Position numbers and translations under genes: made by a program | Part shown: positions 52,688-64,000 of the stretch, one piece after another | How positions within the stretch are numbered: position 1 is the stretch's first letter | How the letters are laid out: every line of letters begins with the position of its first letter | Origin: Vicugna vicugna | Lineage: Eukaryota | Reading direction: 5' to 3' | NCBI GenBank assembly: GCA_013265495.1 | Contig: MU058213.1 | Span: 1,550,001-1,614,000, forward strand | DNA length: 64,000 bases | The notes under the pieces: model-generated | Seen by the model: the letters and a program-made list of their open reading frames with translations, nothing else | Databases searched by the model: none | What the model was told of the DNA's origin: nothing

Positions 52688-53036
52688 GTGGAAATAATCA
52701 AGATATAATGTCTTAGCAAATTTGATGGTTATAATGCAATATTATTGTCTATAATCACTGTAATGTGCATTAGATCTCCAGGACTTATTTATCTCCATGT
52801 TGCAAATTTTTACCCTTGAATAACATTTCTCCTATTCCTGCACCCCAACCCCTGTTAACCGCCATTTTACTATTTCTTTTTTTGCGTTTAGCAATAGAAG
52901 TACTAGCTAATGCTACAATGGCAATCATATTGCATTATATAAATATATTAAATATTAAATCAATATGTTGTACACCTTAAACTTATACAATTTTATATGT
53001 CAGATACATTTCAATAAAAAATACATTTAAAAAAAA
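52688..53036 (+). mobile_element. Truncated L1 3' end with 5' inversion (antisense 52688-52892, sense 52893-53036)
   Basis: Antisense tcttagcaaattt...cattagatctccaggacttattt; sense ttgtacaccttaaacttatacaa...AATAAA 53013-53018 plus A-tail; TSD-like flanks. Confidence 0.8.
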
Positions 53037-53194
53037 TGGGTCATGTATATGCCTGCATCAAGTAAACTTTTCCCAACTGTCTTCGGTTTCTGTAGCTCAT
53101 CCAAGTAGCTGAAAATGATGGCTCTGCCTTGGTTTTATGCTTTCAAGCATCTGTCAGCATTAATTTTTCTTATTTCCTCTCTTGGTGGTTAAAT

Positions 53195-53582
53195 TGCCAT
53201 TGAACTTTAGCAAGAAGAGCTCACCATTTTGGAAAACCACATGGTGATAACTACTCATCATATCTGGATCTTTAACACAACATTGATATTGTTCTGCATT
53301 GGTAACATCACACTCATGGTGACTCTCCCTATAGGTACGAGCCCCTGACTTCTTCATCATGTGTGCTAGTGCAGGCATCCCATTCATATATTGAAATCTG
53401 TACTACTTTATTATAAATTATTTACTTTTTATTTTTTAATTAAAATTAGAACATTTTGTTGATTTAAAAATATGTAGGCAGGTTATAGTATCTATTAATT
53501 TCATTCAGGCTAATAAAAGATGATGCTAGAGAATATTTTTCATACAACAGAGATTTGGACCTGGTAGGTTTGAGAACCACAG
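53195..53582 (+). mobile_element. Second MER20B-like right half
   Basis: gaactttagcaagaagagctcaccattttggaaaa...ctataggt...ctgacttcttcatcatgt...gtaggcaggttat...ggtttgagaaccacag. Confidence 0.8.
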
Positions 53583-53974
53583 GTCTCACAAACAAATAAT
53601 TATACCAATAACTAATCAATTACATTGTGTTAAACATTATACAGGAAAAGCACAGAGTGACCTAAGCTTACAGTCCAATTTGCGATTTATGACTTGTGCC
53701 CTGAAATAACAATTGCAGTAAGTACTGTGGTCAGCCACTTGCCACGTGATTGGCACCATATCAAAAAGAGCTCATCACTTTTATAAAGAGTCCTGGGTAA
53801 GAAAGAGTGTGACGTCAATTTGGGAGGACTAGGTAGGAGTCTGGCTGTAGCATCTGAGGTGACAGGGCCTAGATGAGTAAGGCACTGTGGTGTGTACAGG
53901 ACTATGAAACATGACTCTTGGGCTTGTGAGCCGCATGGAGAAAAGACACTGTATCCTCAGGAAGACTTCATTTT

Positions 53975-54265
53975 ATTTATTCATGTAACAAGCATTTATG
54001 AAGTATTTTCTATGTGCCCAGCGCTTCTGGAGATATTGCAGGGAGTAAAACAGGCAAGAATTCCTGTCTAAAGATTAACCTGATGTTAAGGGGGCCAGGC
54101 AGTAAACAAATAAACATGTAAATATAGGGTATGTCAAATGATGATAAAGGCTACAGAGAAAGATACGGCAGCATCAGCAGGATAGGGAGGTTGGGGATAG
54201 GATGAGAGGGCTAGTTTATATCAAGTGGTCAGGAAAGGCATCTCAGATAAGGTGACATTTGAGCA
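53975..54265 (-). mobile_element. L2a 3' end
   Basis: tttattcatgtaacaagcattt...gtggtcaggaaaggcatctcagataaggtgacatttgagcaaa. Confidence 0.85.
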
Positions 54266-54379
54266 AAAATGTGGAGCCCCTCACACACAAAGCAGGAGCA
54301 AGCCAGGCCATGAGACTCTTACCTGTTTCCTCTCAATCTCCCCTCAGCCCCTGGCATTCTTCCTGCTACTCCCTGGTTC

Positions 54380-54905
54380 TGGCTCTAGCGTCTCATCCCA
54401 GACAAGAAAAACAGACCTCACCTTTTGTTTTCCTGTTTTTCTACCACCTATGCTTCCTTACACATAACTGCTGCTCATTCCTGCTAGATTATTCTTTCTG
54501 AAATCTGGTTCCAAATATGTGCCTCCTAACGAACCTTTTGAGACCACAGTCACAGAATAAAGTCTAGACTGTTGAGTGTGGCGTTCAAAGTCATCCAGGA
54601 TCAAGCCCCGATAAAACTTTTCAGCTTTTTTCTCTTGCTGTTGCCTTTAACAGAACCCTCCCTCCCCATCCTCTCTAGTGAAAGCAAATTTCTGTTTACC
54701 AAGACTATGCTTTCCTATCTCACCTGGTGGACCTTTCCTTTACCATTCCTTCTTTTTGTAACATTCTTACCGAAGATCTTCCTTCCAAAACCTATCCTTT
54801 AAACTCATGGTATGTATATCCAGAAAGGCTTCCTCATCACCTTAAGAACCTCTGCACAACTCTTTTCCATTTTATATTATGATTTCTCCCCCACTAGATT
54901 GTAAA
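54380..54905 (+). mobile_element. L2 fragment
   Basis: cagaataaagtctagact...gtggcgttcaaagtc...tctcccccactagattgtaaac. Confidence 0.65.
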
Positions 54906-54930
54906 CATGAGCCAGAATAGGAGGGAGTAG

Positions 54931-55162
54931 CAGGGGAGCAAGCTCAACTGCAATTGGAAGCCATGCAGGTAGCATAAAGGAGTGTCCTACTGTGTGAACA
55001 TAGGACAATAGGGTGGGGTGGGGTCCGTGGAGAGCTGGAAAGTACATGCCCTATCTAAAATCACTCACATCTTTATTTATTTACTCTTTTTAAAGGAAAA
55101 CATTATGGCAGCTAAACAAAGCTCATTTACTTAGTCCTTGGACCATGTATCTGTAATTTCTT
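54931..55162 (-). mobile_element. MER102-like hAT-Charlie element
   Basis: caggggagcaagctcaactgc...gcaggtagcataaa...taggacaataggg...ctggaaagtacatgccctatctaaa. Confidence 0.7.
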
Positions 55163-56236
55163 GAGTAAGGGGTATGGAATCAGATTGATATGGACTCAAG
55201 TTCTGGCTGTTTTACTTATTAGATGTGCAAATTTTGGTGGGTTATGTAATTCCTTTGATTTTTGTTTCTTCATTGGTATCTTGAGGGTAGTGATATCATC
55301 CTCATGAGAGCTATAAAAAGTGCTTGGCAAATAGTAGTTGTTTAAATACTCTCTGTATTCCTTCATGCCCAATATGATATGTCAAGCATAAGTGCAATTC
55401 ACACAACAGTTCTCAACAATGGTTTGCTGAATTAAACTGTTCTATACGAGAGAGTAGAGGGTCCAGAGTCAATGGAGAGGATGTCCCAGTCATAACTGAT
55501 AGGAGCATTGAGAGGGAAAATTGAGTATTGGCTAGAGGTATCAGAAGAGGCCTCCTGAAAGTGGTCAGTCTTGTACTGGGCTCTAAAACTGGTTAGGGTT
55601 TAAATGAGTAACTGGAAGGCAGTTAGTGGAATAGCATAAGTAAAGGCTGAGATACGTGAGTGAGGAAGAGGCCATCCTGGTGTCTTTGGTGAGCAATTTA
55701 TTGAAAACATCATTACCACTGGTATATAGGGTTGGATTAAATCAATTAACAGGATCCCATTGTCTTTAGCCTGAGGGCCAAGTACTCTCCCTTCCTCCCC
55801 TTGAGCCTTCTTCACCAAATCCAGTGTGTACCCAAACATTGCTCTGTGCATGTGTGTGTGTGTGTGTTTGTGTTATTTATCAGTATGTAGGCTGTTTACT
55901 TAAGTAGCATTTGATGAAGTTGGTATGTTCCAGGCTTGCTGGTATAAGGACATAGTTGGGAGAATAATGAGTCATTATTATTGAATACCTATGCAATTAA
56001 TCTAGGAAAACCATGTACTTATGTACTATATCACTGAGCAGAGTGAATAGTGAGAGTCTTATGTCCTAGGGGAATGCAGACTTCTTCCAAAGCATTTTTA
56101 AAATGCAAATTTCCTCTGCTTCAATCTGGGTTGCTCATTTTTCATCTGTCTGCTTCTCTACCTCAGCTGAGAACAATGTTCTTCTTTTCAATCCAACAAA
56201 GAAATAGACATTTAATGATGGTAGGAAAAGAAGGTG

Positions 56237-56238
<2 letters not shown>

Positions 56239-56276
<38 letters not shown>

Positions 56277-56500
56277 TGTGTGTGTTTATGTGTGTACATG
56301 ATATTTTTATATATTTGTATAGTGTTTATATATTTGCATATGTGTATATATAATATCTATATATATGTATGTTTCTTATAAAAAGTGAAGTGGAAAACAA
56401 ACACAATTTTTCAGATATATCAAGGAGTTTAATGCATTCATTATATGTATATATACATACATATATCTATGTGTGTATATGTATATATATGTAAATGTAT
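56239..56500. repeat. (TG)n/(TA)n microsatellite cluster
   Basis: Direct inspection. Confidence 0.9.
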
Positions 56501-56544
56501 ACAAATTTCAAATAAAATACTCCAGGATGATTTCCTTAATACAT

Positions 56545-56745
56545 ACTAATATTGCATGTTTAAAATGTGCCAGGCAGAATTGTAAACTTCTGGACATACA
56601 TTAATTCACCTAATCCCCATAGCAAAACTATGAGGTTGGTACTACTATTTAACTCATTTTACAGGCGAAGAGATGAAACACATGAAAATTAGCAAAGTTA
56701 GTAAGTGACTGTAGCTTGCCTCCAGATCATATACTTTTAATTCAA
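56545..56745 (-). mobile_element. MIR
   Basis: tgtgccaggca...taatccccatagcaaaactatgaggttggtactactatt...cattttacagg. Confidence 0.8.
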
Positions 56746-58824
56746 ACATTGGTTTTATGAAAAGACACTTGGCTAAAGAAGACTAGAATTATACTGATTC
56801 TCAGTGGGGTATGTGCATTTTATTTCCCTACAAAAAGTAAAGCCGAGAGCTAAAGGAACTTGGGTTGATAATTCAAGCACATGAATATATTCATCTTAAA
56901 TAACTGGAACATGAAGGCAGAGGTAAACAAATGAATCTTGATATATTGTTTTTGAATTAAAACAGAAATCTCAAACATCGTTAAAAATTCGTCCTAAATT
57001 TTCAAAAAGAGAAATCATCTGCAAAAGAAAAAAATATGGATTATTACCTAAAAGCTGAAAAATATTGTAAAGGAAGAACGAAAACAGCATCTAAAAGATT
57101 TAAAAGTGTAGTGTATCTGACTGTTGGAGGAGCCGTTTGCATAAATGAATAGAAGGAGTTTAGGATGACTCACATTTGTTGGCAGCATTAACATCAACAA
57201 TATATTATAAAAACAATGGGCCAGCCTATCTTTAAAGAAAAAATTTCAAATAAAATTTGAAATACTCAGCTACATAAATTGGAATTTTTTTGTTCCATAA
57301 CAGAATTTACTGGTTGGTTATGATATTAGCTTACCATTTGAAATCTTTTCTGATGTATAAATCTTTATACCCTTATGCTCCAAATGACAAGGCTAGTTTC
57401 CATATTTTATTGATATTTCCATTTATATTGAAACCTCTTTGAAATAGTTTCAGTGAAATAATATTAGGACAGATGCTGTTTTGACTGAATTTTCAAGGAG
57501 GCTCGTTTAAAAGTCCCAGTTACTTCTTATGACTTCAATAGACATAACACAGTTGTCTCACTGGTAATACTTAATTTCAAAAAATCTTTCATAATTAGCA
57601 TACAAACTTGACACATGATTTATGGTCCAAGCATTCAGCATACTTGTTGGATTCAGTGATACCATGCATATTGTTTGTCTCTCACAAACATCAGTTTTTA
57701 CTCGTGGCAGAATTCCATTGTGGAAAATCAGGCTTGAAAAGCACTTTTTAAAAGTTACACTTTAGTATAGAAACAAATATATTGTTCTTTGTTAAGCTGT
57801 ATAATAGTACAACTTAAAGTAGTTCACAAAAAGCATTAAAATACAAACCAAGGAAGGATAAACACTAATTTATAGAAGTCTTTTCCTTTGGCACTTGGAA
57901 GTAATCTCTGCCCATTGCTAGAAAATCTTTTCTTAGCCCAGTGATGATGTGTCTGTACATCATCTACCACAAAGTTTCTCACCCTCAGAAAGGTCTGGAC
58001 TTTGTGGTTCTGCTTCTTGCTTGGGTTCTAGAGCAGCCTGTCTCCTTTTGCAGGAATAGCCTGAAGCCAGGACTATTTTCTCTTCTGTAGTCATGGAAAG
58101 TACTTTTTGAGTCTTCAGATTTCTATATTGTACTTTTAAAGAGTGGATAAAAGTGGACAGTGAAAAAAAATGTTAACCACTTCTAAACAGAACATAAGCC
58201 ATAATTGCCAGAAAGCAGATTTCTCCCATTACGCCTCATGGTCTATTCAGTTCATTCAAGATGTAATTGGAAAACAAATAAAGCAACACCATCATCAGAT
58301 AGACATGAGTGCTTGTCTTAAGAATGTGGTACTGTATGATGTTATATACTTTACTTCCAATGACACTCCTCATTCTTCTCTAGTAAAGTACAATGCTCCA
58401 CCTTTGGCAACCCCATCACCATAATTAAAGTGCATATACTGCCTTCCCATGAGATTCTAAGGAACATTTTAACAACAATTAAGTGCAAAAAATAATACCA
58501 GGTCTGGGAAGCAGGTCCTGCTCATTACCATAATTGTGGACTAATCTGTTTCATTCATGAGCTAGCCGGAGGCAACAACAAAAGCAGGGCATTCAAGATC
58601 TGAATTCTGAGTTCTCCTCTCTACAGTAAAACCGACCTTTGGCAGAAGATTCTTTCCACACTGTTCTCCTTAGTATTCATTAAACAAAAACAAAAATAAA
58701 ATCAAAACCAAAACCAAGCAACCCTCACTAATCTTCAGTGAGACATTACTAAAAGGAGAAAATACTTTTGGAGTCAGAGAAATCTCATTTGGGCAGGATT
58801 TTAGGATGAACCAGCCTTTTCTGT

Positions 58825-58985
58825 CAGCAGCAGAGTGGAATTGTTGGGCTTTGATGTTGGAAAGTACTTGGCTTGACTATCAGCTTTGTCTTGATCAAAC
58901 TGCTCTCTCTGCACTGCACTTTCCTCATCAGTGAAATGGGGCTAATAAGGCTTTCCTTCACAGGACAGTTGCAATGATCACCTCA
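58825..58985 (+). mobile_element. MIR fragment
   Basis: gggctttgatgttggaa...tttcctcatcagtgaaatggggctaataa. Confidence 0.65.
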
Positions 58986-59299
58986 GATATTCCATGACAA
59001 ATGCTGGCTGTCTACCACCATCAACACATGCCTGTTTGAGAATTACCTATATAAGATGTCAGGATTCTGCACAATTGAGGGAAATACTGGTTTTGTTCTT
59101 GCCACAAGGGGCAGCTTGTCTGCTGACAAGCTATGTCTTTTGTGTTCCAGCAGTCTTTTATTGTGCATCAGTATTGTAGCAGAGCATCACATGAGCTGGT
59201 AGAAAGACAGCTGAATGGGAGAATTCATCTTAGAAACTAAACCAACAGATGACTAGGGAGCACTCACTGCTTTTCCAGGGCGTCCACCTCCTTCAACAA

Positions 59300-59870
59300 G
59301 TGTGAATTAGGTGCCTACTATGCACTAGTGTACCAAACAAGAGCTAGGTGACAGTGTGGGCTCTAGATGTGGCTGAGATGTTATCCGTCCTCTCCCCAGG
59401 AAAATGGGGGAGACAGTTCTGAGAACAGGTATAGACAATCTGGTGTGACAAAAATAGTCACTAATCTGTCTGTTACGTATTGGAGGCACAGGCTCTGTAT
59501 TGACATTGGGGAAGCTTCCTGAAGGAATCAGCACTTGAATTTGTCCTAAGGAATAAACAGAATTCAAGAAAAAGGGCATGTGCATAAGCTGGAGGGGCAA
59601 AAGAGCATTATGAAGGAACTTTTTTAGAGTGGTTGAACATAGACAAAATGGTGAGGAGTCTGTGAGTCCTGACTATAAAGGGCTTCCTTTGTCCTTTATC
59701 TAGTAGATAGTGTGTGGGAAGGCTTTGTGGCAGTGGTGCTGGTGATGGAGGAGACACTTACTCATGAGGACTTAAGGAATAGTCAAGCAAGAAGTAATGA
59801 TGACTCACACCAAGACAGAGGCCAGTAGTATTTGCTGTAGGGAGTGAAGGAGAGAGAGAATTCAAGGATG
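59300..59870 (-). mobile_element. L2 fragment
   Basis: gtgcctactatgcac...ggggaagcttcctgaagga...aatagtcaagcaagaagtaatgatg...gagagagagaattcaaggatga. Confidence 0.7.
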
Positions 59871-61283
59871 AAGCCTTTTCATTGAGGTTCGCAGAGCTCT
59901 GTGGGTTCTCAAGAATCTATATAGGGACCACCAGCTCAAAACTATTTTCATAATAGTACAAAGATGTTATTTGTTGCTTTTACTCTCCATTCTGTCACAA
60001 GTATTCAGAAATGTGACATCATTGCTGTGATGGAATATGTGCTTATGTATTTTTGTGTTTCCTAGAATTTTCTAAAATTTAAAATTTTCTAGAATTTAGG
60101 TTTAGGGTAAAAATATGAACATTTTTAGAAATTCACTCAGTATGTTTTTAGTACTGTACCCTTGATAGAGAGCTACACCTGCTGTTTATCTGAAACCTCA
60201 TTAATGTCCACTAAACTGTTACTGTGAAGTTTTTATTCTGCCTGTGTGAAAACACAATAAGAAGTATACTTTATTGTCTTGTTTTGCAATATTTTAAAGA
60301 CATATAGTATATTTTAAATATATATGAAATATACTTTAAGACTTTTATATTTTATCTGAAATACTTTAGAATTAAATAATATTTATTTTAAAATAAAAAT
60401 ACATAATTTATTTTATATTTAAGGATAGATTGTTGGCCTAGAAAGTGGGAGATTAGAAAATTGCCTTTTCAGTCCACAAACCATCTCTATCTAAAGATGA
60501 TGAAAAACATAAAACTGACTATAGGGAGTTTTCTGACTTATGGAAGAGAGGAATCTGGGTGTACCTGTAAACAAGAAACAAAAGTATGATGAGAGATATC
60601 TTTCTACTGGCTGTGGTGATGTTAATAATTAACCTTATTGTGTCAAGTACAATAGAACATTTTTGAATAGTATTATGTCATTTTGAGATGAATCTTTCAG
60701 AGTTTAAAGAAAAAGGAATTGAATATTTTAATGTATATATGATGTCTTTAAAAATTAACACTTTTCTTAAGGTTTTTCAAACTGGGAATGAAATAACCAC
60801 AGAAGCATATCATAGGTAAATTATTGCATTGCCTGGAGATGCACACACAACAGCTGAGGCTAACGCTAATCAAGCTGTGTGTACGAAAAATTGGATTAAT
60901 ATCTCATCTGAAGATTTGTACTTTTGCTGTACAAAATGTTGAGTCTATATTTGTTTGTATCCATCTGACATCAGCGACAACAAATCATCAAAGCTTTTCT
61001 TTTATGTGAAACCTTGGCAACAAACACAAGTGGTGCTGAAATATTCAGAAGTATTGAGTAACTTTTTTTGAATCTCATGGTTTATCTTGGAACAACTGAG
61101 TTGACATTTACACTAATGGTGAAAGGCAGTGGTGGATAAAACTCCAGGCGTCTTCCCACACATGAAAGTAGTACCACCAGTGTTTTGGTAGTCATTGTAA
61201 TCTCTACCATGCGTTTACATTTTTTTAAAAAGCCAGAGTCATTTAAAAATGTCCTTGGTAAAGTTGTAAAATGATTAATGTTA

Positions 61284-61400
61284 TTTTTTATTTTTTTTTA
61301 ATTGAAATATAGTCAGTTATAATGTGTCAATTTCTGGTGTACAGCATAATGTCCCAGTCATGCATATATTTACATGTATTTGTTTTCATATTTTTCGTTA
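61284..61400 (-). mobile_element. Short young L1 3' end (camelid-L1-like) with TSD
   Basis: T-tail then attgaaatatagtcagttataatgtgtcaatttctggtgtacagcataatgtcccagtcat; TSD gtaaaatgattaatgtta 61266-61283 / gtaaaattattaatttta 61401-61418. Confidence 0.8.
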
Positions 61401-62004
61401 GTAAAATTATTAATTTTACAAATCTTAACCCTTGAGTCCATCCATATCTTCATAATGTGCTCTATACTATAGTTGGAAGTATGCACTGAGCCCTTCTGCT
61501 TCATTCTGAAACATGATCATTGCCTCAAAGAAAAGCACTTGTATGATTATTTGAGTTGGGAACTCATCTAGGCATCTTTTCATGGAACATTATTTTTACT
61601 TGAAAAAAATGACTGGGCAAACTATGAGAATTCAGGCTTCACTGTTTGATAGACATTTTCTCTAAAATGAATGAAGTGAATCTGTCACATCAAGGAAGAA
61701 TATGACAAAAGTTAACCTTCACTTGGCTTTAGCAGTGTTAGTAATTTACCTTACTGTGTCATGTGCAACAGAGCATTTTTTAATAGTATTGTGGTACCAA
61801 GTGTGGTGTCATTTTGAGACCACCTTTCAGAGTTTAAAGGAAAAGGAATTGAATATTTTAAATATAGATGTGTTAAGCTCAAGATATTTGTCACCAATAA
61901 GATAAAATTCAAGTTTTCAAACACAGATTAGAATTTTGAAAAGTTCAAATCGATCACCATGAGCTTGAGGACTTCCCAGTTTTTATAGTAAGAAGTGTAA
62001 TTTA

Positions 62005-62300
62005 TTTAAAAGTCTAGCTTATTGAGGCATATTTTACATATAGCAAAATTTATCCTTTTAGGTATGTAGCTGTCTAAGTTTTGGGAAATATATAATCATG
62101 TATTTTCTACCACAAATAGGATATAGAGTATTTCCAACAATCCAGAAAGTCTCCAGCTATTCCTTTAAAGTCAATTCTCTCTTCCCACTCCCAGCCCCTG
62201 ATCTGGTTTTTGTTCCTATACTTTGGCCTTTTCCAGAATATCATATAATACATAGCTTTTTGGGTCTGAGCTCATTTGCTTATCATAATATTTTTGAGAT
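62005..62300 (-). mobile_element. L1MB/MC-class 3' end inserted in Charlie1
   Basis: gcttattgaggcatattttacatatagcaaaatttatcc...cccactcccagcccctg...gccttttccagaatatcatataa. Confidence 0.8.
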
Positions 62301-64000
62301 GAAAGTGGCTTTTTGATATTATATAATAAAATGTGTCAACATTTGATATACATGGCTTGGTGAAGCAATATTTTCCAAATGACCAATCCTGTATAGGTAA
62401 AAAATCCACCCCAAGTGCAAGATAAACCCATGGGTTTTAATGTACTGAGTAGGAAAAGTTCATTGATAAGGTTTCAGATCCCACACTGCACTGTTACTTG
62501 TTGAGTGTAAGTGTAGTATCAGAGAATAGTATTCCTGATTATCTGAAAATGCTATTCAAATATTACTCTCTTCAACTACATACATATCTATGTGGGGCTG
62601 GATATTCTTCATATACTTCAGCCAGAATAACATAATCATTCAGATTGAATGCAGAAGCAGATATGAGAATCCAACTGTCTTCTACTAAACCAGACATTAA
62701 TGAGGTTTGCAAATTTGCAAAACAATGACAGATACCTTGCTAAATTTGGGGTGGAGAAGTATTTATTTTTATAGATAGATGTCATTCATGTTAATATATA
62801 ATATATTCATCATTATTTTAAATAAGTTGATAAATATTTTTACTACTTTTTTTCTAATACAGTAAATATCAAAGTTGTATAATCCACACAAACAAATGAT
62901 CTTTGGGTCCTTGATAATTTTTAAGAGAGTAAAAGATCCTGAGACCAAAAAGTTTGCAGGTTGCTGACTTAGGTGGACTGAAAGGTGCCACTGGAGAATG
63001 AGAATAACTGGACAGGGAAGAAGTTGGGAAGCAAATTTCACCTCTGATTCCTTGGCTCGTAGTAAGATCTAAATATATGGTTATGGAATAAACGAAAGTC
63101 AGATCATAAGCCAATGTAGTCAGGTTAATAAATTCAAGAGAATGAAGTCTCTGAAATGAAGAGATTATTTTATCAAGGACCCATCATCCTCACTCAGAAG
63201 GGTTTGGCTGGTTGGTCCAGCTGCTAACATAGTTGATCTGGAAGAGACTAAGGGTGAGCTGTGATTGTGAGCTGTGGCTGATGGTTGGGTTGAGAGACTA
63301 AGCAAACCCTTCAGATACAATGAAATGTCAAATGCTAATAGAGGGGCAGAGCCCAAGGTCTTTGCAGAAGTGACCAGATTTAGGGAGTCAACTGGGAAGG
63401 ATGGAAGGAGTTTGTGTAATGGAAGGACCAGAGTGACTTGGCCAGCTATTGTTTGGACCAGCAGATCTGGATTTGATCTCAGTCAAATAAGGCTTCTTCT
63501 GAGGTTAACATGGTCCTAAATTAGGTTCTACAACAACAGAATCTCAGTGGGATCCCATGGGGAGTAGAGAGATGGCAAATGGAGGTTGGTGGTGGTGCTG
63601 TTGGAGGAGAGACTGGACAGTGTTGGTTAGGAGTTTTCTCCTCCTATTTCCCCTCTCATTTTACCTTTGGTCTAACTCTAGAGGCTGAGTTTTATTGAGT
63701 CTTTGATCTTTACCAGAGGCCAGGAGTCAGGTTTGGTTGGGGTGAAAGGTGGGATGGGACTGGATAGAGTTTCTCAGTGAAAATGAGCTGATCTTGTGCC
63801 GCCAGCTCCAGCCTCCTGACTTGCTCTTACACACTATACACTTACTGCTCAGTTATTATCCTAGGAGACACTTGATTTATTCTGGAGCAGAGAATTTTAA
63901 ATTGTATGCCCAGTGCCACTGTCAAAATCACATCAACGTCTTTTTTATCCTAAAAATGCAATAAACTTTCCTCTAAATTTGTTTTGTTAAAATAAAGGGC

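Larger units (their letters stand above)
59871..62966 (+). mobile_element. Charlie1 (hAT) DNA transposon, near full length, decayed transposase, two L1 insertions
   Basis: Left end ctcaaaactattttcataatagta; transposase remnants (KYDERYLS..PYCV..HFE..EFKEKGIEYF); right end cagattgaatgcagaagcagatatgagaatcc...gatcctgagaccaaaaagtttgcaggttgctg. Confidence 0.9.

Noticed and set aside
53160..53387. 75-aa minus-strand ORF with protein-like composition
   Set aside because: Lies largely within the MER20B-like right half; at most a transposon remnant.
1..64000. Prokaryotic-type systems, CRISPR arrays, tRNA/rRNA genes, CpG-island promoter, processed pseudogene
   Set aside because: No regularly spaced repeat-spacer array, structured RNA gene, CpG island or recognisable host-gene coding remnant was found; the sequence is mammalian non-coding DNA.

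Overview
Placental-mammal genomic DNA: AT-rich, CpG-depleted, with no CpG island. I find no supportable protein-coding gene, tRNA, rRNA or CRISPR array, so the window reads as a deep intron or gene desert. Much of it is ancient interspersed repeats (MIR, L2, L1M, MLT1/LTR16/LTR33 solo LTRs, hAT-Charlie elements) and microsatellites. Between them lie repeat-poor unique blocks with homeodomain, GATA and PBX-HOX motifs and retained CpGs, which are candidate enhancers. No Alu, B1/B2, Bov-tA, PRE-1 or Can-SINE is seen, and one young L1 3' end resembles camelid L1, so a camelid source is plausible (inference). Best-supported unusual structures: (1) an ~820-bp inversion at 12413-13235, marked by a perfect 14-bp L1 target-site duplication now in inverted orientation and 8-bp inverted repeats at both breakpoints; (2) a near-full-length Charlie1 fossil with a displaced second copy of its BED-finger-like segment; (3) a 5'-inverted (twin-primed) L1 between two MER20B copies. 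I see no evidence of a novel protein-based system. Repeat family names come from my recall of consensus sequences, most repeat boundaries are approximate, and both need RepeatMasker/Dfam confirmation.
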